Below, piece by piece: positions 26,701 through 35,062 of a DNA stretch of 35,736 bases. Source of the DNA: a virus (taxonomy: Duplodnaviria > Caudoviricetes); the IMG/VR virus record IMGVR_UViG_3300025610_000072, positions 1 to 35,736 of that record; one strand, given 5' to 3'. The stretch's first letter is position 1; each line of letters starts with the position of its first letter. The notes beneath the pieces are model-generated. The model was not told where the DNA came from and ran no database searches. It saw only the letters and a list, made by a program, of their open reading frames with translations. Position numbers and translations under genes: made by a program.

Positions 26701-29507
26701 ATGCCAATCGTACACATACAATTTTCAGCGGCCATCGTAAAACAATTGCCGAGGTAGCACGAGATGTTATACTACCAAAATATCTTGAGCATGACCCAAA
26801 TGCCTTTGACCCAAATGACCCGAAAACATTCCTTGCAAATCATCACCAACTTATGCGTGACGCTCAACGCTACATCGCATCTGTGCCTCATTCAGTACAT
26901 GGTATAACAACGACTAATTATGGCATAGATGATGCAGTAAAACCAACAAAACCTTCACAAAATCCATTACACGCTACGGTAGGTAAGCATTTATCCACAG
27001 ATGGAAAAATGATTGATGGTAACATGAGCGTGGATGAAGTGCTTAAAATTCTCAATATAGAAAAGACCCCTGTTGCTAAAGAAAAAGCACGAGAACTCAT
27101 TAACGCTTCTAATGAAGCCAATACACCTTTGTTCGCATCAACTATCAAAGACATTTTACTTAGCGGAAAAATTCCAAACATAGATGCTATCAATCTTAAT
27201 CAATTTACAGATGAAGAAATCATGAGTAAGCCCGAAGAAGAATTAACAGATGAAGAACGCTTCTTTCGCCATGCACGAGAAAATGGTTATCATAAAGCCA
27301 TGAATCACTTTCAACAACAAACCGATAACAAGCAATGGAAAGGGCACCACTCTCACGCTATACCTCGCTATTTGGCTATGAAACTCAACCCACAACAATT
27401 TGATTTTTCTATGACAGCGGCAGGCGTAGGAGCAATAAGTGGAGATATACACAATGCAAAAGGATTCAACAGTAAATCATTGGCTCGCACAACGAACACA
27501 ACGAAAAACCATCTTGATACCATCGTTCACTTTGACCCTCGTGTTATGGATGATGAAGAAGGTATTTTTACTCCCGGTGAAGACTTTTCGGAAACAGCAG
27601 GATTTGGACAACGACCTGTAGGTGCGGCCACGCCTGCTAATACTGCTTTGACTGACCACTTTGACAGTGGTGCATGGCATCACGGATATGAATTGACACC
27701 AACGGTTGGTGCTGAGTTTGATGCTGAGGGGAATATATTCGCAGGCTCAAATGTTAGTACAGGATTGTATCACAGTGTACCTCAAGAACTTACTGAAATG
27801 GTGCATGGAAAGGAAATAGCAAATCAAGTGTACGCAAACGCCCCACCGCCAAGAAACCCTTCCAACGCTCACCAAAGTATGAATCTTGAATCGGCTGACA
27901 CAGCGAGTGACAATATGTACACCATAGCGGCCAGTGAGATGACTGAACTTATCACATCACTTCTTGACCCCGATATTATGCTTACAAAGAGTGATGATGC
28001 AAAATGGAGTCCACCTGTTCGTCCTATGCACCGTATCTTTGAGATGAGTGACTTAGAACATTTGCGTGGTTTCAGCGGTTCATGGGTAGTAAGTAAGTGG
28101 TACGATGGAAAGCGTCTTGTTATTGTAAACAAAGATGGGGAAATTACAGCGTATGACGAAGGTGGTAGAAAGAAAGGTCTTCGTAAAACCACGAAAGAGG
28201 CTCTTGAAAAGATGAACGATAAGAATTACACGCTTGACGCTATACTTGGTGAAGAGGAATTACATATCATTGATATTATCAATTACGATGATAACAATGT
28301 GGCTGAGATGCAGATGTTTGAGCGATTAAAGATATTGCGCTCACAGTTTGATAGTCAAGAACATGTTATCGTTCCCGGCCCACATGATACTCGCATGACG
28401 GATGATGAAGGATTGGAAGAGGCTGTAAAGAATCTTAAAGAAGACCACGATAACATTCTCCTTCGTGATAACAAATCAACATACATGCGTGGAGAACGCC
28501 GCCATCCTAAGTGGGTGTTATATCGTGATTCTCGTGATTTCAACTTCATAGTTCTTGACCGAAGAGGCAAAGGCCCATACACATACCAACTTGGTGCTGG
28601 CCCCATTCTTGAAATAGAAGGACTTGGAAACCGAGCAGTAGAGCATAAAGGAGAACATTACATGGATGTAGGTACTGCACACAATCAAAAGAAGGTCTTC
28701 AAGGTTGGAGATGTTGTTCGTGCATCTATTACAGGTATCTCAAAGAAGAACCGTAAGAATCGCCCTGTGTACAATGTACAGTTCAAAGAATTGGAAGGGG
28801 AGGGCGAAGGAGAAGGTGCGGCAAGTACAGAATCTCTTGACCTCATGACTAAATCATTTCCTCCTATTCTTATTCCGCACGATATTGAAATCTCGGACTC
28901 ACAAATTCAAATCGTGTTGAAGGGAATTGACACAGTAGTGTATGAAATGGAAGAATTGAACGATACATGGGTACTACATTCTCCTACAAGCACAATGGGT
29001 GCTTTAACAAAAACTGATTACCCAGTAATTCTTTCCGAAAGCCTATTCCCGTTTTGGTCGTCTGTTGCTCCTTTGTTAGTAAAGGGGTACTTGAGGAAGG
29101 CTACAGAAGTGGATATGCCAAAGAAACCTACAGATGAGCAAATGGAAGAGGGAAGTGCGGGTATTCTTGAAGAAGATGATGAGGAGCGATTACTCAAACC
29201 TAATAATACCAAGAAGGCGTTAGAAATTATTTCACGAGCATTGGATAAAATTTCCAAAGAAAAGATGACTTGGACAGGTCCGAAGGGATTGGGTATAGAT
29301 GTAGGTACACCGCAAGAATCACCTCGTGGCCCCACACAACTTCGCAATGAGTCCACACTCCCCGATTTTGACGGTGAAAAGAAAATTACCGATGAAACAA
29401 AAGAGAAGAAAAAAGAAAGACTGAATCACATTCAAGTGCAAACTGACGAGGGTGAAAATTTGTCTATAGACTACGATAATGACCAGCCTTTGTTATCTCG
29501 CTCTTAA
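23799..29507 (+). CDS. Giant (~1900 aa) protein with C-terminal ATP-dependent DNA ligase-like domain (degenerate motifs)
   Basis: GTG 23799 follows GGCGGTGA. SKWYDGKR, TLDAIL, HIIDII, NILLRD, YMRGERRHPKW and an OB-like tail occur in the ligase motif order. Confidence 0.8.
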   Translation: MNDHFYVCGNELLKSLNDGLDLRTAAAEYILAFENLDHTPSEPLYKSLKNTADIILKDEEDAATKVDDDTYEYPEGEGYLFAQTHTHGEPTNHVWKDGLQTSVNPKFAHAMWPYYQPPSGKHPYQRHHFPFHEINYPLLRTNAVTGDPHYVRMLRAWALAGHGKREKEMEKKFFDKLGKKHPMVAGYQKEKSGKKVNIIGDTRPSGTLHHHQYDLYDRDYFRWLKNNSNRQEELLATGMSNEEMKEQLRQEHFEDRAAMWENNDTTLSDSYEEHPNRLGHLGYMLGLEWLSPEERSAVMQHINEKGLDDHELITLPNGEKIPSARIKYNALMRMTPEMNWAIRPMTHMGRNAHYHQEDNDNDYTKGEEGMFLQQGLGTLAHEPLEEFDGVSIASHILSRIKENYGTEKRMRYLPRLNIHKEPMKELQYDELLDASRSHFKGKQNLEKVRMSKDDLLYLAGYDPKTRELMSEHPIHGKLDEPIVDAGMIDYIEAVAKMRSSLHRQIKDIRNHRAFFTSPFGPHPDEEKPEYWETSADNDFTYGPGHFWSTPFQSTGGAGMSYATYMEMLHATHAQEDGSTPFIESKDDTGENFFEPNMMNKTLANHFMPLRSKIIGQYQEKMKKVNTKEKQFVSAGKGFVYRNEAETLQEMLSPFGVSKKHPHREGTTNKNNITEHKSSLNPQYEYAIRHMTKNERDSKFGTHLQPLQFPHTVIPNYHIGGKTGYGAAPSDSNLHRNAQLAHFVETLGGRMYHPHTPAKKSMQKPSDFIRGDESTSGGMSRDEFTDFMRWGSGTGFSFKSLKNKVLNNKDMNHTMTAITQASKILGTQDPKEILEYLTHGDHEELNRALLGREIGEFDTNKFNIGIDSMKASMNTEIQNKKKNQKSKTTMTTDEKDVVSRFLQFGGMMPASQEESELNTNLEMMNQQLIDTPVEQRGELMQQIRDTTEQLERVQQKMNKKKQSSHWEKDANRTHTIFSGHRKTIAEVARDVILPKYLEHDPNAFDPNDPKTFLANHHQLMRDAQRYIASVPHSVHGITTTNYGIDDAVKPTKPSQNPLHATVGKHLSTDGKMIDGNMSVDEVLKILNIEKTPVAKEKARELINASNEANTPLFASTIKDILLSGKIPNIDAINLNQFTDEEIMSKPEEELTDEERFFRHARENGYHKAMNHFQQQTDNKQWKGHHSHAIPRYLAMKLNPQQFDFSMTAAGVGAISGDIHNAKGFNSKSLARTTNTTKNHLDTIVHFDPRVMDDEEGIFTPGEDFSETAGFGQRPVGAATPANTALTDHFDSGAWHHGYELTPTVGAEFDAEGNIFAGSNVSTGLYHSVPQELTEMVHGKEIANQVYANAPPPRNPSNAHQSMNLESADTASDNMYTIAASEMTELITSLLDPDIMLTKSDDAKWSPPVRPMHRIFEMSDLEHLRGFSGSWVVSKWYDGKRLVIVNKDGEITAYDEGGRKKGLRKTTKEALEKMNDKNYTLDAILGEEELHIIDIINYDDNNVAEMQMFERLKILRSQFDSQEHVIVPGPHDTRMTDDEGLEEAVKNLKEDHDNILLRDNKSTYMRGERRHPKWVLYRDSRDFNFIVLDRRGKGPYTYQLGAGPILEIEGLGNRAVEHKGEHYMDVGTAHNQKKVFKVGDVVRASITGISKKNRKNRPVYNVQFKELEGEGEGEGAASTESLDLMTKSFPPILIPHDIEISDSQIQIVLKGIDTVVYEMEELNDTWVLHSPTSTMGALTKTDYPVILSESLFPFWSSVAPLLVKGYLRKATEVDMPKKPTDEQMEEGSAGILEEDDEERLLKPNNTKKALEIISRALDKISKEKMTWTGPKGLGIDVGTPQESPRGPTQLRNESTLPDFDGEKKITDETKEKKKERLNHIQVQTDEGENLSIDYDNDQPLLSRS

Positions 29508-29514
29508 CGAGCAG

Positions 29515-29520
29515 TATAAA
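29515..29520 (+). promoter_or_regulatory. Putative TATA box (TATAAA) for the protease/capsid operon
   Basis: About 27 nt upstream of ATG 29547, which has no RBS, consistent with a leaderless transcript. Confidence 0.6.
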
Positions 29521-29546
29521 TACCATAACAGTAAGTCCTTGATTCA

Positions 29547-30917
29547 ATGCTCGCAGTTCAACGACCCAATGACGGTATCACTCTTCTCAAGAGTGGTAAC
29601 GATTTGGTTGTTGCTGGTTACGCATCGGTTGAACTTGTTGACAAGCAAGGCGACCTTATTACTCGTGGTGCTTTGAGTGATGCCTTTGATGGCTTCATGA
29701 AGAGCGACAAATACCGAAATGTGCAACTGGCTCACTCCAACATTCAAGTTGGGGAAGTAATTGACAGTTACATAGATTCTAACGGACGAATGTGGAAATC
29801 CGAATGTGATGACACAGGAATGTTCGTTGTAGTACAACTCCGCAATGATATAGAGAAGGCTCGTGAAGTAGCCGCTGAAATCCGCAAGGGCAACCTTCGT
29901 GGGTTTTCTATTGGAGGACAAGCATTCAAGCGAGTGCGAAAGTCCGACATGGAAAAAGGCGACTACCAAGAGATTTCAAAAATGGAGTTGCATGAGGTGA
30001 CGATTTGTGAAAAGGGTATCAACCCCGAAGCGCAATTCCGAATTTTGAAGGAGGATACCACTATGACAGACGAAAACAGTGATTTGACAGGAATTATGTC
30101 ACGCCTTGAAGCCCGATTGGATGCTATGGAAAAGGGAGAACTACCTCCTGCTCTTAAAGAATCTATGAAAGACAGCAAGGCTGATGAAGAAAAGAAGCCC
30201 GAAAAAGAAGAAGGTGACGAAATGAAAGATGAAAAGAAAGAAAACCCCTTTGCAAAGGGAGAATACAGCGATGTTATTTCCTCTGAGTATCTATCTTGGA
30301 TGGAAAGCACTCTCAAGTCGGCTGGTGTTGATACACTCGCCGCTCGTGACCACTTTGACGCTCTTGAAAAAGCACAACTTGGTGGCTTTGATAACCCCGA
30401 TGCCGTGGACGGTGCTGACTACTTCGGTGGTCAAGTCCGTGGTCGTGGACAAGAAGGAGGTTCACCATCTACTGGTGCAATCAACGCAATCACAGCATCC
30501 GGTGGAAAAACCCCATCCGGTGCTCTCGGACCAGCCCAATTGTCTAAGGGTTACCTCAACGCTGAAAATGTGAGTGAGGCTGACCTTGAAGCCGCTTACG
30601 AAGTGTACAAAGCCGCCGCATCGGAACAAACTTTCCGAAACGACCTTGAAGGACACTTTGCAAACCGTTTCCAACAAGAAATGCAACTTGCAAAGTCCGA
30701 GGCTGAAAAAGCCGCTTTTGATGCACGAGCACCTCTTACGGAAATCGTGAAGTCCATTGAGCAACTTTCGGAGCGTATTGACAATCTTGGTGCTGGAACT
30801 TCTTCCACTATCCAAAAGTCAGTGTCCACTATTGATGTCCCTTCCACGCAAGACCTTGCCAACATGGGTTGGGATGAGGTACACTCGCTTGCACAGCGAA
30901 CCTTGCGAGGGGCTTAA
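29547..30917 (+). CDS. Prohead maturation protease (HK97-type) fused to scaffold domain
   Basis: VAGYAS...DKQGD, catalytic-type His (LAHSN), GFSIGG Ser and LHEVT...NPEA, then an acidic coiled-coil C-half. Directly upstream of the capsid gene. Confidence 0.92.
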   Translation: MLAVQRPNDGITLLKSGNDLVVAGYASVELVDKQGDLITRGALSDAFDGFMKSDKYRNVQLAHSNIQVGEVIDSYIDSNGRMWKSECDDTGMFVVVQLRNDIEKAREVAAEIRKGNLRGFSIGGQAFKRVRKSDMEKGDYQEISKMELHEVTICEKGINPEAQFRILKEDTTMTDENSDLTGIMSRLEARLDAMEKGELPPALKESMKDSKADEEKKPEKEEGDEMKDEKKENPFAKGEYSDVISSEYLSWMESTLKSAGVDTLAARDHFDALEKAQLGGFDNPDAVDGADYFGGQVRGRGQEGGSPSTGAINAITASGGKTPSGALGPAQLSKGYLNAENVSEADLEAAYEVYKAAASEQTFRNDLEGHFANRFQQEMQLAKSEAEKAAFDARAPLTEIVKSIEQLSERIDNLGAGTSSTIQKSVSTIDVPSTQDLANMGWDEVHSLAQRTLRGA

Positions 30918-30932
30918 AATTAAAAAAGAAAT

Positions 30933-30939
30933 GAGGTGA
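30933..30939 (+). promoter_or_regulatory. Archaeal-type ribosome-binding site GAGGTGA
   Basis: 6 nt before the capsid ATG. The same motif precedes the starts at 8800, 33237 and 33452. Confidence 0.75.
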
Positions 30940-30945
30940 ATTATT

Positions 30946-32046
30946 ATGGCACGAGATTACATTAGAAACATTACTGATATGGAACGATACTACTATGGCG
31001 CAGGAAACGCTATGGGTTACTCCTACTCCGGTAGCGAGTTGCTCAAGGCTGATGCACCTATGCTATCAACCACTGCTGGTACATACCAAGCAATCTACGG
31101 ACGCAAAGTTTGGAGTCAGTTGAACCAAGAGTTCAACGCCTTCTCTATTCTACCAAAGCGACCATGGGAGCGCAGTGGATGGCGAGTTATCACCGAGCGT
31201 CCTTCCTTCTCTGTTGGTGGCGGTGTTGCAGAAAACGCAACTCTTCCCGACACCACCAAACCTACCTTCCAACACATTGCCGCAAAGCCAAAGACTGTTG
31301 TTCACACCTTTGACATGAGCGAAACCGCAATGTTCCTTTCCGACAAAGATGACGGACTTGGCGACATTCGTGCAATCCTTAAGGAAGAAATGGGTAAGCA
31401 CCACGCAGAACACATCAACAAGATGCTCACTGTTGACAAGGCTACTGTTGCCGGAAACGACTTTGAATCCCTTGACCGTGTTACTACTGGGGCTTCCGCA
31501 GGTTCCGCAGAAGACATGTACTCCATTGACCGAAGTGCAAACTCTTGGTCACTTGCAGAACATGATGAAAACGGCGGTACTGACCGAAACCTTTCACTTG
31601 ACCATTTGGACACTTTGTTCCAAAAGACATGGACTCGTGGTGGAAACCCAAAGGTCATCCTCACTGGATACGACACTTTGATGCGTCTTCAACAACTTCT
31701 ACAATCCCAACAACGATTTATGGAAGAGAAGCGTGTTACCCCTACCTACAACGGTGTTAAGGGTGTTCCCGGTCTTGAAGCAGGATTCATTGTTGCAACA
31801 TACAATGGTGTCCCAATCATCCCATCTAAGGATGTGCAACCCGACACCTTGAGCCGTATGTATTTCCTTGACACTGATTACTTGTACTTTAGTACAGCAA
31901 TTCCAACCCAATACTTTGAGAGCGGTATTGAAACTGGCGACCCATTCGCCATCAACCGCCTCGGACAAGAAGGAATGTATCGTACTATGGGTGAACTATG
32001 GACGACTTTCTTCGGCGGTCACGGCTCTATCCGTGACCTCAAGTGA
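30946..32046 (+). CDS. Major capsid protein (HK97 fold)
   Basis: Position after the protease, 366 aa, GGVAEN, YNGVPIIPS and MYFLDTDYL, with a strong RBS. Confidence 0.92.
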   Translation: MARDYIRNITDMERYYYGAGNAMGYSYSGSELLKADAPMLSTTAGTYQAIYGRKVWSQLNQEFNAFSILPKRPWERSGWRVITERPSFSVGGGVAENATLPDTTKPTFQHIAAKPKTVVHTFDMSETAMFLSDKDDGLGDIRAILKEEMGKHHAEHINKMLTVDKATVAGNDFESLDRVTTGASAGSAEDMYSIDRSANSWSLAEHDENGGTDRNLSLDHLDTLFQKTWTRGGNPKVILTGYDTLMRLQQLLQSQQRFMEEKRVTPTYNGVKGVPGLEAGFIVATYNGVPIIPSKDVQPDTLSRMYFLDTDYLYFSTAIPTQYFESGIETGDPFAINRLGQEGMYRTMGELWTTFFGGHGSIRDLK

Positions 32047-32081
32047 GGGTTGTGAAGCAAAACAATATGGATGTGTAAAAT

Positions 32082-32546
32082 ATGGCAACAGAAACAAAGA
32101 CAGAAAAAGGCTTGACTATCTCATTTGATGATGCAGATTTTTCAACAGGAACCGTATCGGTTCTTTTGGACTTAGACATGCGAACAGGAACCCCCGTTGA
32201 TGAAACGGGTTGGTTGGACGGTAACGCTGGTGGTGCATACCCCGGTACCCTTACTGGTTTCACCGCACAGAACACTGACGGAAACGCAGTGGGCAGTATG
32301 CGAATGGTGACCATTGGGTTTACCTTGGCAGATGCCGCTGAGCAAGTGCTGGTTCTCACCGCAGGTGCATCAAAAATTGTCGGTGTTATCGGCACCACTT
32401 TTGCAGTGGCTGACAAGACCCTATCCGCTACTTTCACCAACACGGGATTGGCCCCTGCCGCAAAAACTGGCGGTGCTGACCCATCAATTGTCCTTCACGG
32501 TGAAGCAGGCGGCGCAGGAACGGTAACTGTAGTGATGCTTAACTGA
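32082..32546 (+). CDS. Putative virion structural (decoration-like) protein
   Basis: Thr/Gly/Ala-rich beta-type composition, immediately after the capsid gene. Confidence 0.55.
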   Translation: MATETKTEKGLTISFDDADFSTGTVSVLLDLDMRTGTPVDETGWLDGNAGGAYPGTLTGFTAQNTDGNAVGSMRMVTIGFTLADAAEQVLVLTAGASKIVGVIGTTFAVADKTLSATFTNTGLAPAAKTGGADPSIVLHGEAGGAGTVTVVMLN

Positions 32547-32557
32547 GTGTGATTTAG

Positions 32558-32884
32558 ATGCCCAAAGTGACTTTTACTGGTCCTTTCTATGAAAGGCGGC
32601 GAAGAGATTCTCCGACTCCATGGATTCGTGGACAAGTGAATGAAGTCACACAAGAGTGGCTGAACGAGTGGCGACATACGCTACCCGCAAAGCACTTCAA
32701 AATTGAAGAGGATGAAGGAGTCACCGTTGATGGTGACAATGACGGCATCCCCGACAACGGTTGGTCACGAAAGGACATCCTTAAGTGGTTGACTGACAAC
32801 GGAGTTAGCAAGGGTAGCGGTTATCTAACAAAAACCGCCGCTCTCGCTCTTGTAAAGGGGCATCTAAACACAACAAATGAATAA
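32558..32884 (+). CDS. Hypothetical protein with C-terminal HeH/Rho-N-like helix pair
   Basis: WSRKDILKWLTDNGV....TKTAALALV; such proteins are commonly found after capsid genes. Confidence 0.6.
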   Translation: MPKVTFTGPFYERRRRDSPTPWIRGQVNEVTQEWLNEWRHTLPAKHFKIEEDEGVTVDGDNDGIPDNGWSRKDILKWLTDNGVSKGSGYLTKTAALALVKGHLNTTNE

Positions 32885-32895
32885 GGTGAAAAATT

Positions 32896-33225
32896 ATGGC
32901 AGTAACAATTGACCCACGACCAACCGTTTTCGGTGACAGAATGATTATAACAGGCACTTATGCCGCTGGTGATAACTCTATTGATTTGAGTTCTTTCCTT
33001 TCGGAAATTGATTTCGCAGGTGCAAACTCAAGCGGTGTTATCGCAGGACGAGCAATTACCGACACTGGTGCATCACCACCACTTCAAAATGTACACTTTG
33101 GAGTAGATGTTCGTATTGACGGTACAACCATTCGTTTGGCGGCTGGTCTGCAAGACCCCGGTGATGTCGCAAACACAACACCCGCACAGGCTGGAACATT
33201 CATCGCAATTGGTCGTCGCTCTTGA
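32896..33225 (+). CDS. Putative virion structural protein
   Basis: AAGGTGA RBS, small beta-rich composition, located in the head module. Confidence 0.6.
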   Translation: MAVTIDPRPTVFGDRMIITGTYAAGDNSIDLSSFLSEIDFAGANSSGVIAGRAITDTGASPPLQNVHFGVDVRIDGTTIRLAAGLQDPGDVANTTPAQAGTFIAIGRRS

Positions 33226-33236
33226 GGTGACGACTT

Positions 33237-33440
33237 ATGGCGGCACTAACCAAGATTGGCGTAAAAGTGCTCGGTCCTTTCTCCCCGAAGGAGTTTAGTG
33301 ACACGGCAACTTTGCAAGGAACCATTCAAGCGGCTATCCAAGCAATTGCTGATGCGAGTAGTACCAGTTCTGTAATTGACAGCGAGTTAGTTCCTGTTCT
33401 TGGGAATTATTTTGTTATGGTAACCTATCAACTCGCATGA
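33237..33440 (+). CDS. Small hypothetical protein
   Basis: GAGGTGA RBS; fills the gap in the operon. Confidence 0.7.
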   Translation: MAALTKIGVKVLGPFSPKEFSDTATLQGTIQAAIQAIADASSTSSVIDSELVPVLGNYFVMVTYQLA

Positions 33441-33451
33441 GGTGAGTTGGT

Positions 33452-33751
33452 ATGGGTTTTGATGTTAGAAGCATTGATTTGAGCGACATTGTTCGTGCTG
33501 GCAAGCAAGACCGCAAGGCTGATTATCAGTACGGTGGTGATGTGGTTTCAAAGCCCGAAAAGCCACTTGAAGGTGTTACTCGTTCCCAACGAAACCGCAA
33601 TCAAGAAATAGGTGACATCCTTAACATTGGTTCGGGCACTCGTTGTACGCACTGCGGATTCCTTCATTTCATGTGGAGGGCAACCTGTGGTGCTTGTGAA
33701 AAGCCTATGGAATACAACTTAGGAAAGCGTGACGAAAAGAAGAGGTTATGA
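33452..33751 (+). CDS. Zinc-ribbon protein
   Basis: CTHC...CGAC with a GAGGTGA RBS. Confidence 0.75.
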   Translation: MGFDVRSIDLSDIVRAGKQDRKADYQYGGDVVSKPEKPLEGVTRSQRNRNQEIGDILNIGSGTRCTHCGFLHFMWRATCGACEKPMEYNLGKRDEKKRL

Positions 33752-35049
33752 ATATGAAAGTTCTAATTAAAGCAATGCGACCACACCGACAAAAAGTTCT
33801 TACAGAAGATGGCGAAGAAATGCGCCTTCAACAGTGGGCTAACAAAGCGGCCAGTTCTGCACTTCGTGGTGCAGGTGAGGTTGCGAGCGGAGAACAATTT
33901 ACTCAAGCCCGTGACGCTCTCATGCGTGAGGCTGTAGCCAATCCCGATGAGCATGGACTCAAGTTCATGGGCGAGCGTGTGCCCTTTGAAGGTCAAACCT
34001 TGGAAGAGTCGCTGAGCGAACCCGATGTAGAGGGCGAGCGAGCAATAATTGACAATCAGTTCAATCAAGACCCTATGAACGACCCCGACTTCAAAGAAGA
34101 CATGACTGAGGATGAATCATTTGAGTTGGCTGAAAAACTTGACCGTAAAATGCCTAACATCTTTGATGGGCAGGGCAAACTTCGCCAAACGCTTCCGCAA
34201 GGCGGTAAAATGAATGAAAACGACATGCACGATGAAGCACTGGCTGATTGGGAAGCCCGTCAAAGCGACATTGACTTTTCTCGTGAGCAAGGACATACCG
34301 AAGGATTTGAAGGTAAGCCGTATCATGATATGGAACAAGAAGAGTTGGATGCTGACAAAAAGCGTTTTTATGGTATGTACCCTCATTTGAAACCTCAAGA
34401 AGAAGGTGGTTTTGACCCCGATGCTGAGGCTGAACACCTCCGTCGCATCATGAACTCTCGTGATGTTGCTATGCGTGATGCTTTAAGTCTATTGAAAAAT
34501 CTGCAATTTCCTGCTGATGCTGGTAATAGACGGGAGTTCCAACGAATGCCGGGTGAAAAACACGGCCCTAATGACAAGTTTTTCCGATATGGTGAAAATC
34601 CGTATGTACCAAAAGGACACGGTGAGAAACCAATGAGGGCAGAAAGACCGCATCCCTACAGTCAATTGGGGGCTAATGTAATGGAGGATTACCAACTCAT
34701 GCAAGAAGAACCCGAAGACAACCAACTTCTTACCCCCGATGAATTAGCATTTGCTCAATCCATTGCTGAAAATGACGGGCAAATGCCTCCTGCGGCAAGA
34801 ATGCCAGCACCTACACTACGACAAGGAATGAATCAGTATAATCCACCCATTAAGACCTCCCGCCAAGTTCCTATGCGTGATGCTTGGAGCGTGTTAAAAA
34901 ATGATTTTTTTAATCCACCGGAAGTTCCGTGTGCTAAATGTGGAAGGCCGACTGAACCAATGATGTATTACGGTTCTAATCAAATGGGGCCACAGCACAA
35001 CACGCTTTGCGAAAAATGTGAAGACATCCCAATGATGGAAGACCAGTGA
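33748..35049 (+). CDS. Modular acidic protein with N-terminal KVLIK tag, two internal tags and C-terminal Zn finger
   Basis: SRDVAMRDALSLLK (34456-34497), SRQVPMRDAWSVLK (34858-34899) and CAKC...CEKC. Confidence 0.8.
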   Translation: MNMKVLIKAMRPHRQKVLTEDGEEMRLQQWANKAASSALRGAGEVASGEQFTQARDALMREAVANPDEHGLKFMGERVPFEGQTLEESLSEPDVEGERAIIDNQFNQDPMNDPDFKEDMTEDESFELAEKLDRKMPNIFDGQGKLRQTLPQGGKMNENDMHDEALADWEARQSDIDFSREQGHTEGFEGKPYHDMEQEELDADKKRFYGMYPHLKPQEEGGFDPDAEAEHLRRIMNSRDVAMRDALSLLKNLQFPADAGNRREFQRMPGEKHGPNDKFFRYGENPYVPKGHGEKPMRAERPHPYSQLGANVMEDYQLMQEEPEDNQLLTPDELAFAQSIAENDGQMPPAARMPAPTLRQGMNQYNPPIKTSRQVPMRDAWSVLKNDFFNPPEVPCAKCGRPTEPMMYYGSNQMGPQHNTLCEKCEDIPMMEDQ

Positions 35050-35062
35050 GGGAGGGTAATGT

